NCBI GenBank assembly: GCA_963694825.1
Contig: CAVOEV010000001.1
Span: forward strand, 223-64,222
DNA: 64,000 bases
Source of the DNA: Planctomycetota bacterium
GTDB taxonomy: Bacteria; Planctomycetota; Planctomycetia; Planctomycetales; Planctomycetaceae
Direction: 5' to 3'
Shown: positions 8,658 through 16,996 of the stretch, in pieces
Position numbering within the stretch: position 1 is the stretch's first letter
Layout of the letters: each line of letters starts with the position of its first letter
Notes under the pieces: generated by a model
What the model saw: the letters and a program-made list of their open reading frames with translations, nothing else
What the model was told of the DNA's origin: nothing
The model's database searches: none
Program-made: the position numbers and the translations under genes

Positions 8658-9626
8658 ATGTCAGGTCAGAATGAGGAGTTTTCGGTTCAGGCGGCTGTAT
8701 CGCGGCGTTATGCGGCGGCAGCTCGTGCGGTGGAGCCGGAGTTGTGTTGTGCGGTTCAGTACGATGCCAGGTTTTTGGAAGCGATTCCCTCTGAGGTGAT
8801 CGAGCGGGATTACGGATGCGGCGACCCGAGTCGTTATGTCGTCGAGGGTGACGTTGTGTTGGATCTGGGTTCCGGCGGCGGGAAGTCCTGTTTCATAGCG
8901 GCTCAGGTTGTCGGTCCAACGGGCGAGGTGATCGGGGTAGACGCGAGCGACGAGATGTTGGCGTTGGCGCGTGGTGCAAAGTCTCGGGTGGCGGCGGCGA
9001 TCGGTTACGACAACGTGAGTTTTCTGAAGGGCCGCATCCAGGACCTGTCGTTGGATCTCGAGCGGCTTGAAGTCCATCTGGCTGACGAGTCGATTGGAGA
9101 TCTCGAGAGTTGGCATCGGACGGAGGCGGCGATTCGTGGTTGGCGGCGGGACCGGCCGCTGGTGGCGTCGGATTCGATCGACATCGTGGTGTCCAACTGT
9201 GTATTGAATTTGGTGGATCCCGGCGATCGGATCCGGTTGTTTGACGAGTTGGCCCGCGTCTTGAAGCCGGGTGGACGGGCGGTGATCAGCGACATTGTCT
9301 CGAATCGTGATGTGCCGGAACATTTGCAGCGTGACGAGTCGCTTTGGAGCGGTTGCGTGAGCGGTGCGTACCGCGAGGACCGGTTGCTCGAGTCGTTTCG
9401 TGCGGCGGGGCTAGTGGGGGTCGAGTTGTTGGTGCGGCAGCAGGATCCGTGGACTGTAGTCGAGGGAATCGAGTTCCGTAGCGTGACGGTTCGAGCGTTT
9501 TCTCCGAAACCCGCTGATGGACCCGCTGATGGACCGGGTCCAGTGGGATTGGTTGATGTGATTGGTTTGGGTGAGTTGTCGAGCGGTGTTGGTCCGTGTT
9601 GCGGCCCGGACGGGGAATGCAGCTAG
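8658..9626 (+). CDS. SAM-dependent methyltransferase, arsenite methyltransferase (ArsM)-like
   Basis: ATG 8658 follows GGGGGGGAGA. The SAM motif is VLDLGSGGG. The cysteine pattern matches ArsM (ELCCAVQYD, YGCGDP, SNCVLNLV, WSGCVSGA). Confidence 0.75.
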   Translation: MSGQNEEFSVQAAVSRRYAAAARAVEPELCCAVQYDARFLEAIPSEVIERDYGCGDPSRYVVEGDVVLDLGSGGGKSCFIAAQVVGPTGEVIGVDASDEMLALARGAKSRVAAAIGYDNVSFLKGRIQDLSLDLERLEVHLADESIGDLESWHRTEAAIRGWRRDRPLVASDSIDIVVSNCVLNLVDPGDRIRLFDELARVLKPGGRAVISDIVSNRDVPEHLQRDESLWSGCVSGAYREDRLLESFRAAGLVGVELLVRQQDPWTVVEGIEFRSVTVRAFSPKPADGPADGPGPVGLVDVIGLGELSSGVGPCCGPDGECS

Positions 9627-9756
9627 TGGGGGGTTGGTGTTGAGTGCCTGACGCCGATTCTCGGGTGATTCCCAAATCGGCAGCGGATTGATAGGATCGG
9701 TTGTCGGCGGTGGAAGCGTGTTAGCGAGACGATCGAGGCGAGAGCACGATAGGCAC

Positions 9757-10785
9757 ATGTCTGGGCAGTTTCGAGTCATGTCGTGGTCGATCGCCTTGGG
9801 CGAGTGGACGGGGACGCGCATCCGGTTCAGCGTGTGGTTTGTGTTGGCTGGAGCGGTGTTGTGTCTTCAGTTGCCGAGTGTGTCGTTGGGGCTGATGGCG
9901 ACGGCGGTCTTGTGTTTCAGTGTCTTGTTGCACGAGCTGTCTCACGTGTGGGTGGCTCGCGGCACGGGTGGCTGGTGTGACGAGATCCTGGCCTGGCCTC
10001 TAGGCGGCTTGTTGTTTCCGTCCCCGCATGACACTCGTCGTGCCCAGGTCTTGACCGCCTTGGCCGGTCCAGCGGTTCATTCGATGGTTTGCCTGGTGAC
10101 GGGGATCACGGTCTGGCGAGCCGGGCTGATCGAGGGTGCCTTGAACCCGTTGTCGGGTTGGCCGGCGTTGAGTGTGTCGACGGGACTCGACGTGGTGCGT
10201 TCGGTGATCATGATGTTGTTTGTGATCAACTGGGCGTTGTTGCTGATCAACCTGCTGCCAGTGCATCCATTTGACGGAGGTCGTGTGCTGGAGTGTTTGT
10301 TGTCGGAGTGGCTGGTGGAAGAGACGGCGACCGACTTGTACCTTCGACTGGGTGCACTTTCTGGTGTGGGGTGTCTGATTTCGGGGATGCTGGCCGATCA
10401 ATCGGGTTGGCATGGCACGTGGGTGGTTGCCCTGGGTACCGTGGTGCTGGTGTTGAATCTCGACGAGATTTCCAGCCGGCGGGCCAGCGACGAATTGGAT
10501 TCCGCGTTGTTGGAGTACGAGTTGGCATTGGATGACGTGGTCGAGGAGTTTGAGCCAATCGAAGACGAGGAGGCTTTGTTGGAGCGGTGGCGCCAGCATC
10601 GCGAGGCGAGTGTTGAGGAGCAGGAGCAGGATCGGCAGCGGGCGTTCGAGCGTGAGGTCGACATGTTGTTGAAAAAGATCCACGGTTGTGGATTCGAAGG
10701 GCTCAACGAGGACGAACAGAGGCAATTACTACGAGCCAGTCGGCAGTACCGCGACCGCACGGGCCGGTCCGAGGAGACAGTTTAG
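9757..10785 (+). CDS. M50 family site-2 zinc metalloprotease (no PDZ domain)
   Basis: HExxH motif (LLHELSHVWVA) and NxxPxxxxDG motif (NLLPVHPFDGG), with multiple TM helices. ATG 9757 is preferred over the TTG at 9688. Confidence 0.85.
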   Translation: MSGQFRVMSWSIALGEWTGTRIRFSVWFVLAGAVLCLQLPSVSLGLMATAVLCFSVLLHELSHVWVARGTGGWCDEILAWPLGGLLFPSPHDTRRAQVLTALAGPAVHSMVCLVTGITVWRAGLIEGALNPLSGWPALSVSTGLDVVRSVIMMLFVINWALLLINLLPVHPFDGGRVLECLLSEWLVEETATDLYLRLGALSGVGCLISGMLADQSGWHGTWVVALGTVVLVLNLDEISSRRASDELDSALLEYELALDDVVEEFEPIEDEEALLERWRQHREASVEEQEQDRQRAFEREVDMLLKKIHGCGFEGLNEDEQRQLLRASRQYRDRTGRSEETV

Positions 10786-10787
10786 TG

Positions 10788-11426
10788 ATGAGTGGTATGA
10801 GTTCGAGTTGCGGGCTGTTGCTGATTGGGTGTTCCGCGTTGTCGTTGAGTACTGGTTGCGCCGAGGCACCGGTTTCGGAAGTGCGGGTGCGTTCGGCCGG
10901 TGAGGTGGTGGTTCGTAAGGCGGGAGACGACTCGAAGTCGTCGAGCAGTTCGTCAGATGACGGATTGGGATCGGGCACTGCGAGTCGAGTCAAGCAGTTG
11001 ATGGGGATCCGTTTCGATGTGCCCGCGTCGTGGGACGAACAGCCCGAATCGGAGTTCTACGAGGCGAAGTATATGATTGGTTCGGAGTCGGGCGAGATGA
11101 TGTTGACATTGACGACGATGGGCGGTGGGATTGAGGCGAATCTCGAACGTTGGGTCGGTCAGTTTCAGCAGTCGCCGGGTAGTCGTCCGCGTCGTGAGAC
11201 ATTGCGAGTCGACGGGACGTCATCGGAGTGGCTGGATGTTCGCGGGACGTTCGGCAGTCGGGTTGGCAGTCGACCGGGTCCTCACGAGGATTGGCGTTTG
11301 CTGGGCGTGGCGATCCCGATGCGGCCTCGGCCGTTCCTGTTGAAGTTGGTGGGGCCGCGAGCAGCGGTGTCGGAGTTCGAGGACGAATTCCGCAGTTTCG
11401 TGCGATCGGCTCAGTTGGACCACTAG
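10788..11426 (+). CDS. Putative lipoprotein, function unknown
   Basis: The ATG at 10788 directly abuts the stop of the M50 gene (10783-10785). Lipobox-like leader MSGMSSSCGLLLIGCSALSLSTGC. The listed ORF start 10686 lies inside the M50 gene. Confidence 0.7.
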   Translation: MSGMSSSCGLLLIGCSALSLSTGCAEAPVSEVRVRSAGEVVVRKAGDDSKSSSSSSDDGLGSGTASRVKQLMGIRFDVPASWDEQPESEFYEAKYMIGSESGEMMLTLTTMGGGIEANLERWVGQFQQSPGSRPRRETLRVDGTSSEWLDVRGTFGSRVGSRPGPHEDWRLLGVAIPMRPRPFLLKLVGPRAAVSEFEDEFRSFVRSAQLDH

Positions 11427-11447
11427 CCAGTCCAATAGGGCCCGCGG

Positions 11448-11720
11448 TCAGTTTCGGCGGCTCGAGCGGCAGACGGCGTAGATCGAGGCTCCGACGAGCA
11501 GGGTGACCATCAGGTATCCGATCGAGTTCCAGAACGTGCCACCTGAGGTGGCAACGCGTTGAGGCTGTTCGGATCCGTCGGTATCACCGGCATCGGCGGG
11601 AGCGGCATCGGCCTGGGCTTGGGCCTGTGGTGGTGCGACGAGCAGGGTGATGAACAGTGCGAGTGCCAGGCCGAGTGCGAGTCGTGTTGCGATACCGGCT
11701 CGAGTTGGGTGTGGGTTCAT
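11448..11720 (-). CDS. 90-aa protein: signal peptide, acidic Ala/Asp linker, GG motif, C-terminal TM helix and basic tail
   Basis: ATG 11720 (MNPHPTRAGIATRLALGLALALFITLLVAPPQAQA). The C-terminus is SGGTFWNSIGYLMVTLLVGASIYAVCRSSRRN. It is short, so coding status is uncertain. Confidence 0.5.
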   Translation of the reverse strand: MNPHPTRAGIATRLALGLALALFITLLVAPPQAQAQADAAPADAGDTDGSEQPQRVATSGGTFWNSIGYLMVTLLVGASIYAVCRSSRRN

Positions 11721-11819
11721 GATTGAGGTCTCGGTTCCCGTGCCGGATCGTTTCGGCGGCATCGCGTCTCTATTGGATTGGCATGATAGAAAGCGTCGTG
11801 AAGTTGGCAAGAGGAGGTG

Positions 11820-13157
11820 TCAGTCGTCGTATTGTTCGAGTGCGTCGGCGAGTGTTGTGACGAGTTGTTCGTCGTTGATCTCGAGTTGTTCCCCGCTGGC
11901 AAGATTCTTGATTTGCCACGTACCGTTTTCGAATTCATCGGCCCCGGCGATCACGACGAGTCGAACCCCTTTTCGGTCGGCGTACTTCAGTTGTTTACCG
12001 AGCGGCCGCGGGTCGGTGTAGACCTCACACGAGATGCCTGCGGTTCTGAGTCGTCGTGCTACGGCGAGGTAGTCGGCGGCGTGTTGCGAATCGAAGTGAG
12101 CCACAAGCACATCGGCGGCGTAGGTGTTCTGGTCGACGAGTTCGAGTTCCTGCATGGCGGCGAGGAGTCGATCGAGTCCGAGGCTGGCTCCGACGCCGGG
12201 CAGTGGTTGTGAGGTGAACAATCCGGCGAGGTTGTCGTAGCGGCCTCCGGAGCAGACGCTGCCGATTCCGGGCAATTGGTCGAGAAAGGTTTCGTAGATG
12301 GTGCCGGTGTAGTAGTCGAGTCCGCGAGCGATGGCGGGGTCGAGTTGAATGCGGTCGTCGGGGATCCCGGCCACCCGGCAGGCTTGGAAGAGTTCCCGGA
12401 GTTGTGACACACCCTGGGTCCCGATTTCGGATTGGTCGAGGCGGAGGGCGAGTTGATCGAGGATTGTGTCGGGTGTGCCGTGGCAGTCGGCGAGTTCGAG
12501 GATTCCGGCCGCCTGTTGACTCGAGAGCCCGACTCGTTGCTTGAGTTCCTCGGCAACTCGTTCGGGTCCGATTTTGGCGAGTTTGTCGAGGCAGCGGAGG
12601 ACTTGGTCGCTGTGGTCGTTGAGTTGGAGTGTTTCGAGCAGTCCGTTGAGCAATCGGCGATTGTTGATTCGGATTGTGAACCGAGTGAATCCGATGCGTT
12701 CCATGAGGTCATTGATGACGAACAGGGTTTCGATGTCGGCGGTATTGGACGTGGTGCCGATCGTATCGAAGTCGCACTGGATGAATTCTCGGTAGCGTCC
12801 TTTCTGGGGTTTCTCGGCGCGCCAGACGGTTCCCACGTGATAGCGTTTGAAGGGAGTGCCGATTTCGTGCAGGTGTTGTGCTGCATAGCGAGCTAGTGGG
12901 ATGGTGAGATCGAACCTCATGGCGACATCTCGACCGCCCTGGTCGGTGAAGCGGAACAGTTGTTTGTCGGAGTCCTCGCCGCCTTTCCCCAGCAGGATCT
13001 CACTGTACTCGAGTGCCGGAGTGTCGATGGGCGAGAAGCCGTAGCTGCGGTAGACACTTCGGACCGAGTCGATCAGTTGTTCTCGGGCGTGCATCGGTCC
13101 GGGCAGGTGGTCACGAAACCCCTTGAGGGTGACCGGCTTGATCCGTGGCTGGTTCAT
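11820..13157 (-). CDS. hisS: Histidine--tRNA ligase
   Basis: MNQPRIKPVTLKGFRDHLPG... and RYHVGTVWRAEKPQKGRYREFIQCDFD are class II HisRS motifs. ATG 13157 follows GGAGG. The ORF track's 13292 start is an upstream extension. Confidence 0.95.
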   Translation of the reverse strand: MNQPRIKPVTLKGFRDHLPGPMHAREQLIDSVRSVYRSYGFSPIDTPALEYSEILLGKGGEDSDKQLFRFTDQGGRDVAMRFDLTIPLARYAAQHLHEIGTPFKRYHVGTVWRAEKPQKGRYREFIQCDFDTIGTTSNTADIETLFVINDLMERIGFTRFTIRINNRRLLNGLLETLQLNDHSDQVLRCLDKLAKIGPERVAEELKQRVGLSSQQAAGILELADCHGTPDTILDQLALRLDQSEIGTQGVSQLRELFQACRVAGIPDDRIQLDPAIARGLDYYTGTIYETFLDQLPGIGSVCSGGRYDNLAGLFTSQPLPGVGASLGLDRLLAAMQELELVDQNTYAADVLVAHFDSQHAADYLAVARRLRTAGISCEVYTDPRPLGKQLKYADRKGVRLVVIAGADEFENGTWQIKNLASGEQLEINDEQLVTTLADALEQYDD

Positions 13158-13582
13158 GTTGCGGCCTCCAGAACGGGCAGCGAGACGGGTCCACGTTGTC
13201 GACGTCGACCGAGCAGGGCTTCGGCGTATTCTTGGATCTGTTCGGGCTGTTCGAACAGTCGGTCGTAGCAGGCGTCGTTGTCGAATTCGCAATTGGCGGT
13301 CGAGTAGGTTCGGCAGAGGGTGGGTCGGTTGTCGTAGATGCCGCAGCGGTTGGAGTGGTCGAGTTGATCGCAGGTGTTGTGGATGAGCAGGTACCAGTTG
13401 TCGTCGTCGACAAAGACCGAGACGTCACCGTGGAGCATGTACCAGCGGATGTTTTCGTAGTCGTTGCGGTCGACGGGGGTGTCGATGGGCAGTGCGAAGT
13501 ATCGGCAGCAGCGGCCGGTACAGTGATCGCAGAGCACCTGGTCCGGGGCGAGGTTGTGTCGGCGGACGGATGCGGAGTTCAT
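13154..13582 (-). CDS. YkgJ/UPF0153-type cysteine-cluster (CxxCxxCC) protein
   Basis: CDHCTGRCCRYF plus downstream Cys residues. ATG 13582. Its stop overlaps the hisS start (ATGA at 13154-13157). Confidence 0.75.
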   Translation of the reverse strand: MNSASVRRHNLAPDQVLCDHCTGRCCRYFALPIDTPVDRNDYENIRWYMLHGDVSVFVDDDNWYLLIHNTCDQLDHSNRCGIYDNRPTLCRTYSTANCEFDNDACYDRLFEQPEQIQEYAEALLGRRRQRGPVSLPVLEAAT

Positions 13583-13844
13583 TTGGACGGGAATCCGTGG
13601 CGTGCGATGTTCGCGGCGTGCCGCTGCTGGTGGGCAATTGTAGTCAAGAGTGGCGGGAGTGGGTATGTCTGTCTGTTGGGCAGGTTGTGCGGGTTTTGGT
13701 GTTGGGGGAGATCGGGGTGATTGCTTGGTCGGGTCGGCTGTCGGTCTGAGCGGCCTGGGGTTCATTCTTCTTGACCGACCGGGAAGTTTGGGCCTAAGAT
13801 TGCTTGGTCGTGTGGTCTGGCGGCAGATCTGGAGAGGAGCAGGA

Positions 13845-14768
13845 ATGCATTGGTCGGGGAAGGTGTTTGCTGGTTTGGTGTTGATCGGAGCTGTGGCGGC
13901 GATTGCGCTGTCGGCTCGGACTCACCAGGTTCGTTCGTCCTGGCACAAGAGATTGTCGGGTTACCGTGGCGAGTTTGAGACTGACCAGGAGGAGTTGCGT
14001 CGCGGGCGGTTCAGTCACGACGCGAGCCAGGTGGACCTGGCGAACGCCAAGCGAGGTTGGGGCGATTTCTCTGACGACGTGACCGTGACGGTCAACGCGC
14101 AAAACGGTTACCTACAGACACGTGATCAGGAAACGATGGCGGTTGTGTCGACCGGTGGAGGCAACGACCAGCAGCCATTGATGGTCCATGGATTCCTGAA
14201 GAACGCGGACGGGAGCGTGCGGTTTGTCGGCACGTTCGTTCAGGACGGAGCGGTTCAGAACGGGTTCCGTGTCTGGAAGCCGACGTGGCAGTTGCGGGCG
14301 GCGGACCAGGTGGCGAGTTGGGGAAGCGGCAAGTGGCGTCTGAGGTCTCTGATTCCCGCTCACCAGAAGACCCGTTTCGTCAATCTCGAGGTCCTACTGA
14401 CTCAGGCTGATCAGACATCCGACGACACGGGTCTGGATGCTCGGATCAAGGGCGAAGTGGACTTGAAGGCTGACGAGCAGTTGCGGTTGCGGTTTGCGGA
14501 GTTGATGGGTGGCAACGCCGACCTGGCGGGACTCGAGGGCAAGTTGCCCGGTTACATGATCGACGGCTTGGTGCGTGCGATTGCTGCGGCCGAGGAGGAT
14601 CGCAACCAGTCGATCGAGACGGTGGACACGTTGCGTCGGGACCTGAAGTCGAACCATGATCGAGCCAACCGGTTGTTGAAGCAGAACGGTGCGTTGGAAC
14701 GCAGTCTGCCGGGTTCGAGCAGTTCAGCGGCGACGGTATCTCGAGTGACGGGGAACCGACGGAAGTAG
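13845..14768 (+). CDS. Membrane-anchored hypothetical protein
   Basis: ATG 13845 follows GGAGAGGAGCAGGA. N-terminal TM helix VFAGLVLIGAVAAIALSA. C-terminal coiled-coil-like region. No recognised domain. Confidence 0.6.
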   Translation: MHWSGKVFAGLVLIGAVAAIALSARTHQVRSSWHKRLSGYRGEFETDQEELRRGRFSHDASQVDLANAKRGWGDFSDDVTVTVNAQNGYLQTRDQETMAVVSTGGGNDQQPLMVHGFLKNADGSVRFVGTFVQDGAVQNGFRVWKPTWQLRAADQVASWGSGKWRLRSLIPAHQKTRFVNLEVLLTQADQTSDDTGLDARIKGEVDLKADEQLRLRFAELMGGNADLAGLEGKLPGYMIDGLVRAIAAAEEDRNQSIETVDTLRRDLKSNHDRANRLLKQNGALERSLPGSSSSAATVSRVTGNRRK

Positions 14769-14863
14769 CACTCGGGTTCGAGCCGGAGTGTGTGGCACGA
14801 CGCCAAGACGGCCGGCCGGATTCCTAATCCGATTTCCGGTCCATGAGATGCCAGGGAGCGGGC

Positions 14864-16075
14864 ATGGGAATCCACAATCGCGATTATCACCGCGACGACG
14901 CCTCGTCATCGGCCTCATGGCAGGGGTCCTACGGCGGAACTGGTGGCGGATCTGGTGGCGGATCTGGCGGCGGCTTTGGCGGCGGCTTTGGCGGCGGTGC
15001 CCGTCCGTCCGGGCCGATGTCGGCCGTCAAGGTTCTGGTGATTCTCAACATTGTCGTCTTCTTTGCGACGTGGTTTTACAAGCCACTGGGTCACCTGTTG
15101 CATCTCCCGGCCACGTTCACCGTGGCTCGCGACGGAGCCAATCTTCACGTTCCGGCACCGGTCGAACGTGTTGAGGGCCAGTTGTTGTCGGCCGGGAGTT
15201 ACGTGGTGGTGTTACACGGTGGTGCACGAGAGTTGCAGCGTGTTCGTCTGAAGCACCCCGAGTTGTTTCTCGACGTCCGCACCGACTTCCGAACCGATCC
15301 GGACTCGTGGGTTGCTGTCGAGGCGGCGGTCGAATCGGACGGGGCGCGATATCGGGTACGGGGTGTGATGCGTCGTTCCGAGATCGGATCGATTGCCTGG
15401 CAGTTTCCCTGGCGAGTGATCACGTACGGGTTCTGTCACGACCAGACCACGTTATTGCACTTGGCCTTCAACATGATTTGTCTGTGGATGTTCGGTCGAT
15501 TGATCGAGGGGATCTACGGTCGGCGCGAGTTCTTTTGGGTGTATTTGCTGGGCGTTCTGGTCAGTGGTGTCTGTCATCTGGGTTGGCAGTTGGCATCGGG
15601 TGGCAGCGTGGTACCGATGGTGGGGGCATCGGGAGGCGTGATGGCGGTGATGGTCCTGTCGGCGGTCCATTTTCCGAAAATGAAGGTGTTGTTGATGATG
15701 TTCATCCCGGTCGAGTTGGGGATGTTGGTTGTGGGCCTGGTGGTGTTGGACGTGATACGTGCATTGGGGATGTTTGGCGGTGAGACTCATGTCGCCTACA
15801 TGGCTCATTTGGGCGGAGCGGCATTCGGGTATGGTTACCATCGAAGCGGGATCCGCTTGAGTTCGATTTCGGACGGGGTATCCAAACGAATGCGGTTCTG
15901 GCGTCGCCGTGCGGTTCGGCCTTCGGTCCGAGTCTACAAGCCGTCGGTCGATGGTCTCGATGACCAGGTCGATGCGTTGCTCGAGAAGATCAGTCGCGAG
16001 GGCGAGGCGAGCCTGAGCGATGGGGAGCGTGAGTTGCTGATGGAGGCGAGTCGGCGGAAGCGTGGCAAGATCTGA
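14864..16075 (+). CDS. Rhomboid family intramembrane serine protease
   Basis: HxxxN (HLAFN), GxSG (GASGG) and the catalytic His helix (AHLGGAAFG). ATG 14864. Gly-rich N-terminus, long loop 1 and a C-terminal charged tail. Confidence 0.9.
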   Translation: MGIHNRDYHRDDASSSASWQGSYGGTGGGSGGGSGGGFGGGFGGGARPSGPMSAVKVLVILNIVVFFATWFYKPLGHLLHLPATFTVARDGANLHVPAPVERVEGQLLSAGSYVVVLHGGARELQRVRLKHPELFLDVRTDFRTDPDSWVAVEAAVESDGARYRVRGVMRRSEIGSIAWQFPWRVITYGFCHDQTTLLHLAFNMICLWMFGRLIEGIYGRREFFWVYLLGVLVSGVCHLGWQLASGGSVVPMVGASGGVMAVMVLSAVHFPKMKVLLMMFIPVELGMLVVGLVVLDVIRALGMFGGETHVAYMAHLGGAAFGYGYHRSGIRLSSISDGVSKRMRFWRRRAVRPSVRVYKPSVDGLDDQVDALLEKISREGEASLSDGERELLMEASRRKRGKI

Positions 16076-16369
16076 ATCGGGCCTGGTGCCTGCCTGCCGC
16101 CTGTCGTCCCGTGGTCGTTTGATTCGTCCAGATCGCTCGTGACATGTGTCGGATATGTCCGCCGGGTCTGTATGTTCAATTCCATCACACCACCGAGTGT
16201 CCCGGGTCGAAATCCATGTCAGTATTCCAGTCGAGGCCCATTGGGGCAGGAGCAGGGGCAGGAGCAGGAGTCGCGTGTGGGAATGCCGCAGTCGGGTCGT
16301 GGTAGCGGCCGCCGTCCGGGCAGGGTTAGACTGAGCGGGTTGTCCCATGGCCCCGGGTGTCGAGAGAGC

Positions 16370-16996
16370 ATGTCCGAATCTGACAGCAGCGGTTCGATGT
16401 TGATCGATCTGCTCGAGCGGGCTCGCGCGGGCGACGACGGGGCGCGGGACAAGTTGTTTGCTCGTTGCCGCAACTACGTCCGGGTGTTGGCTCGGGTGCA
16501 CATCGAAAGTTGGCTGCAGGCGAAGGTGGATCCTTCGGATCTGGTTCAGCAGACATTGCTGGAGGCCTACCGTGGTTTGGACGGGTTCCAGGGTCAGACC
16601 GAGGGCGAGTGGCTGTCGTGGCTTAAACAGATACTCAAGCACAACGCCACCGACTACATCCGGCATTACAAGGGGACGGCCAAGCGGCGGATCCAGCGGG
16701 AGGTGCCGATGGAGTTGCCCGGTGACGGGTCGAGTCTGTTTCGGCTTGATCCAGCGGCTCGGAGCGAGACTCCGAGCCAGTTAGTGATGCAGCACGAGCG
16801 CGAAATCCAGTTGGCCGAAGCGGTGAGTCGTCTGGATGAGGATTACCAGGAGGTGATCTTGTTGCGAAATGTGCAGCGGTTGAGTTTCAACGAAGTGGCT
16901 GAGCGAATGGGTCGTTCACGTCCGGCGGCCCAGATGCTCTGGCTTCGGGCTTTGAGGAAACTGAAAGAGCAGTTGCAGGATGTCGAGAGTGCCTGA
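16370..16996 (+). CDS. ECF-type RNA polymerase sigma factor (kinase-associated, ECF43-like context)
   Basis: Region 2 (DPSDLVQQTLLEAYRGLDGF) and region 4 (YQEVILLRNVQRLSFNEVAERMGRSRPAAQMLWLRALRKL). ATG 16370. The 16139 start in the track is an extension. Confidence 0.9.
   Translation: MSESDSSGSMLIDLLERARAGDDGARDKLFARCRNYVRVLARVHIESWLQAKVDPSDLVQQTLLEAYRGLDGFQGQTEGEWLSWLKQILKHNATDYIRHYKGTAKRRIQREVPMELPGDGSSLFRLDPAARSETPSQLVMQHEREIQLAEAVSRLDEDYQEVILLRNVQRLSFNEVAERMGRSRPAAQMLWLRALRKLKEQLQDVESA

Noticed and set aside
15452-16666. 404-aa minus-strand ORF spanning the rhomboid 3' end and the sigma gene 5' end
   Set aside because: It crosses an intergenic region, lies antisense to two motif-supported genes, and is H/Q/R/P-rich.
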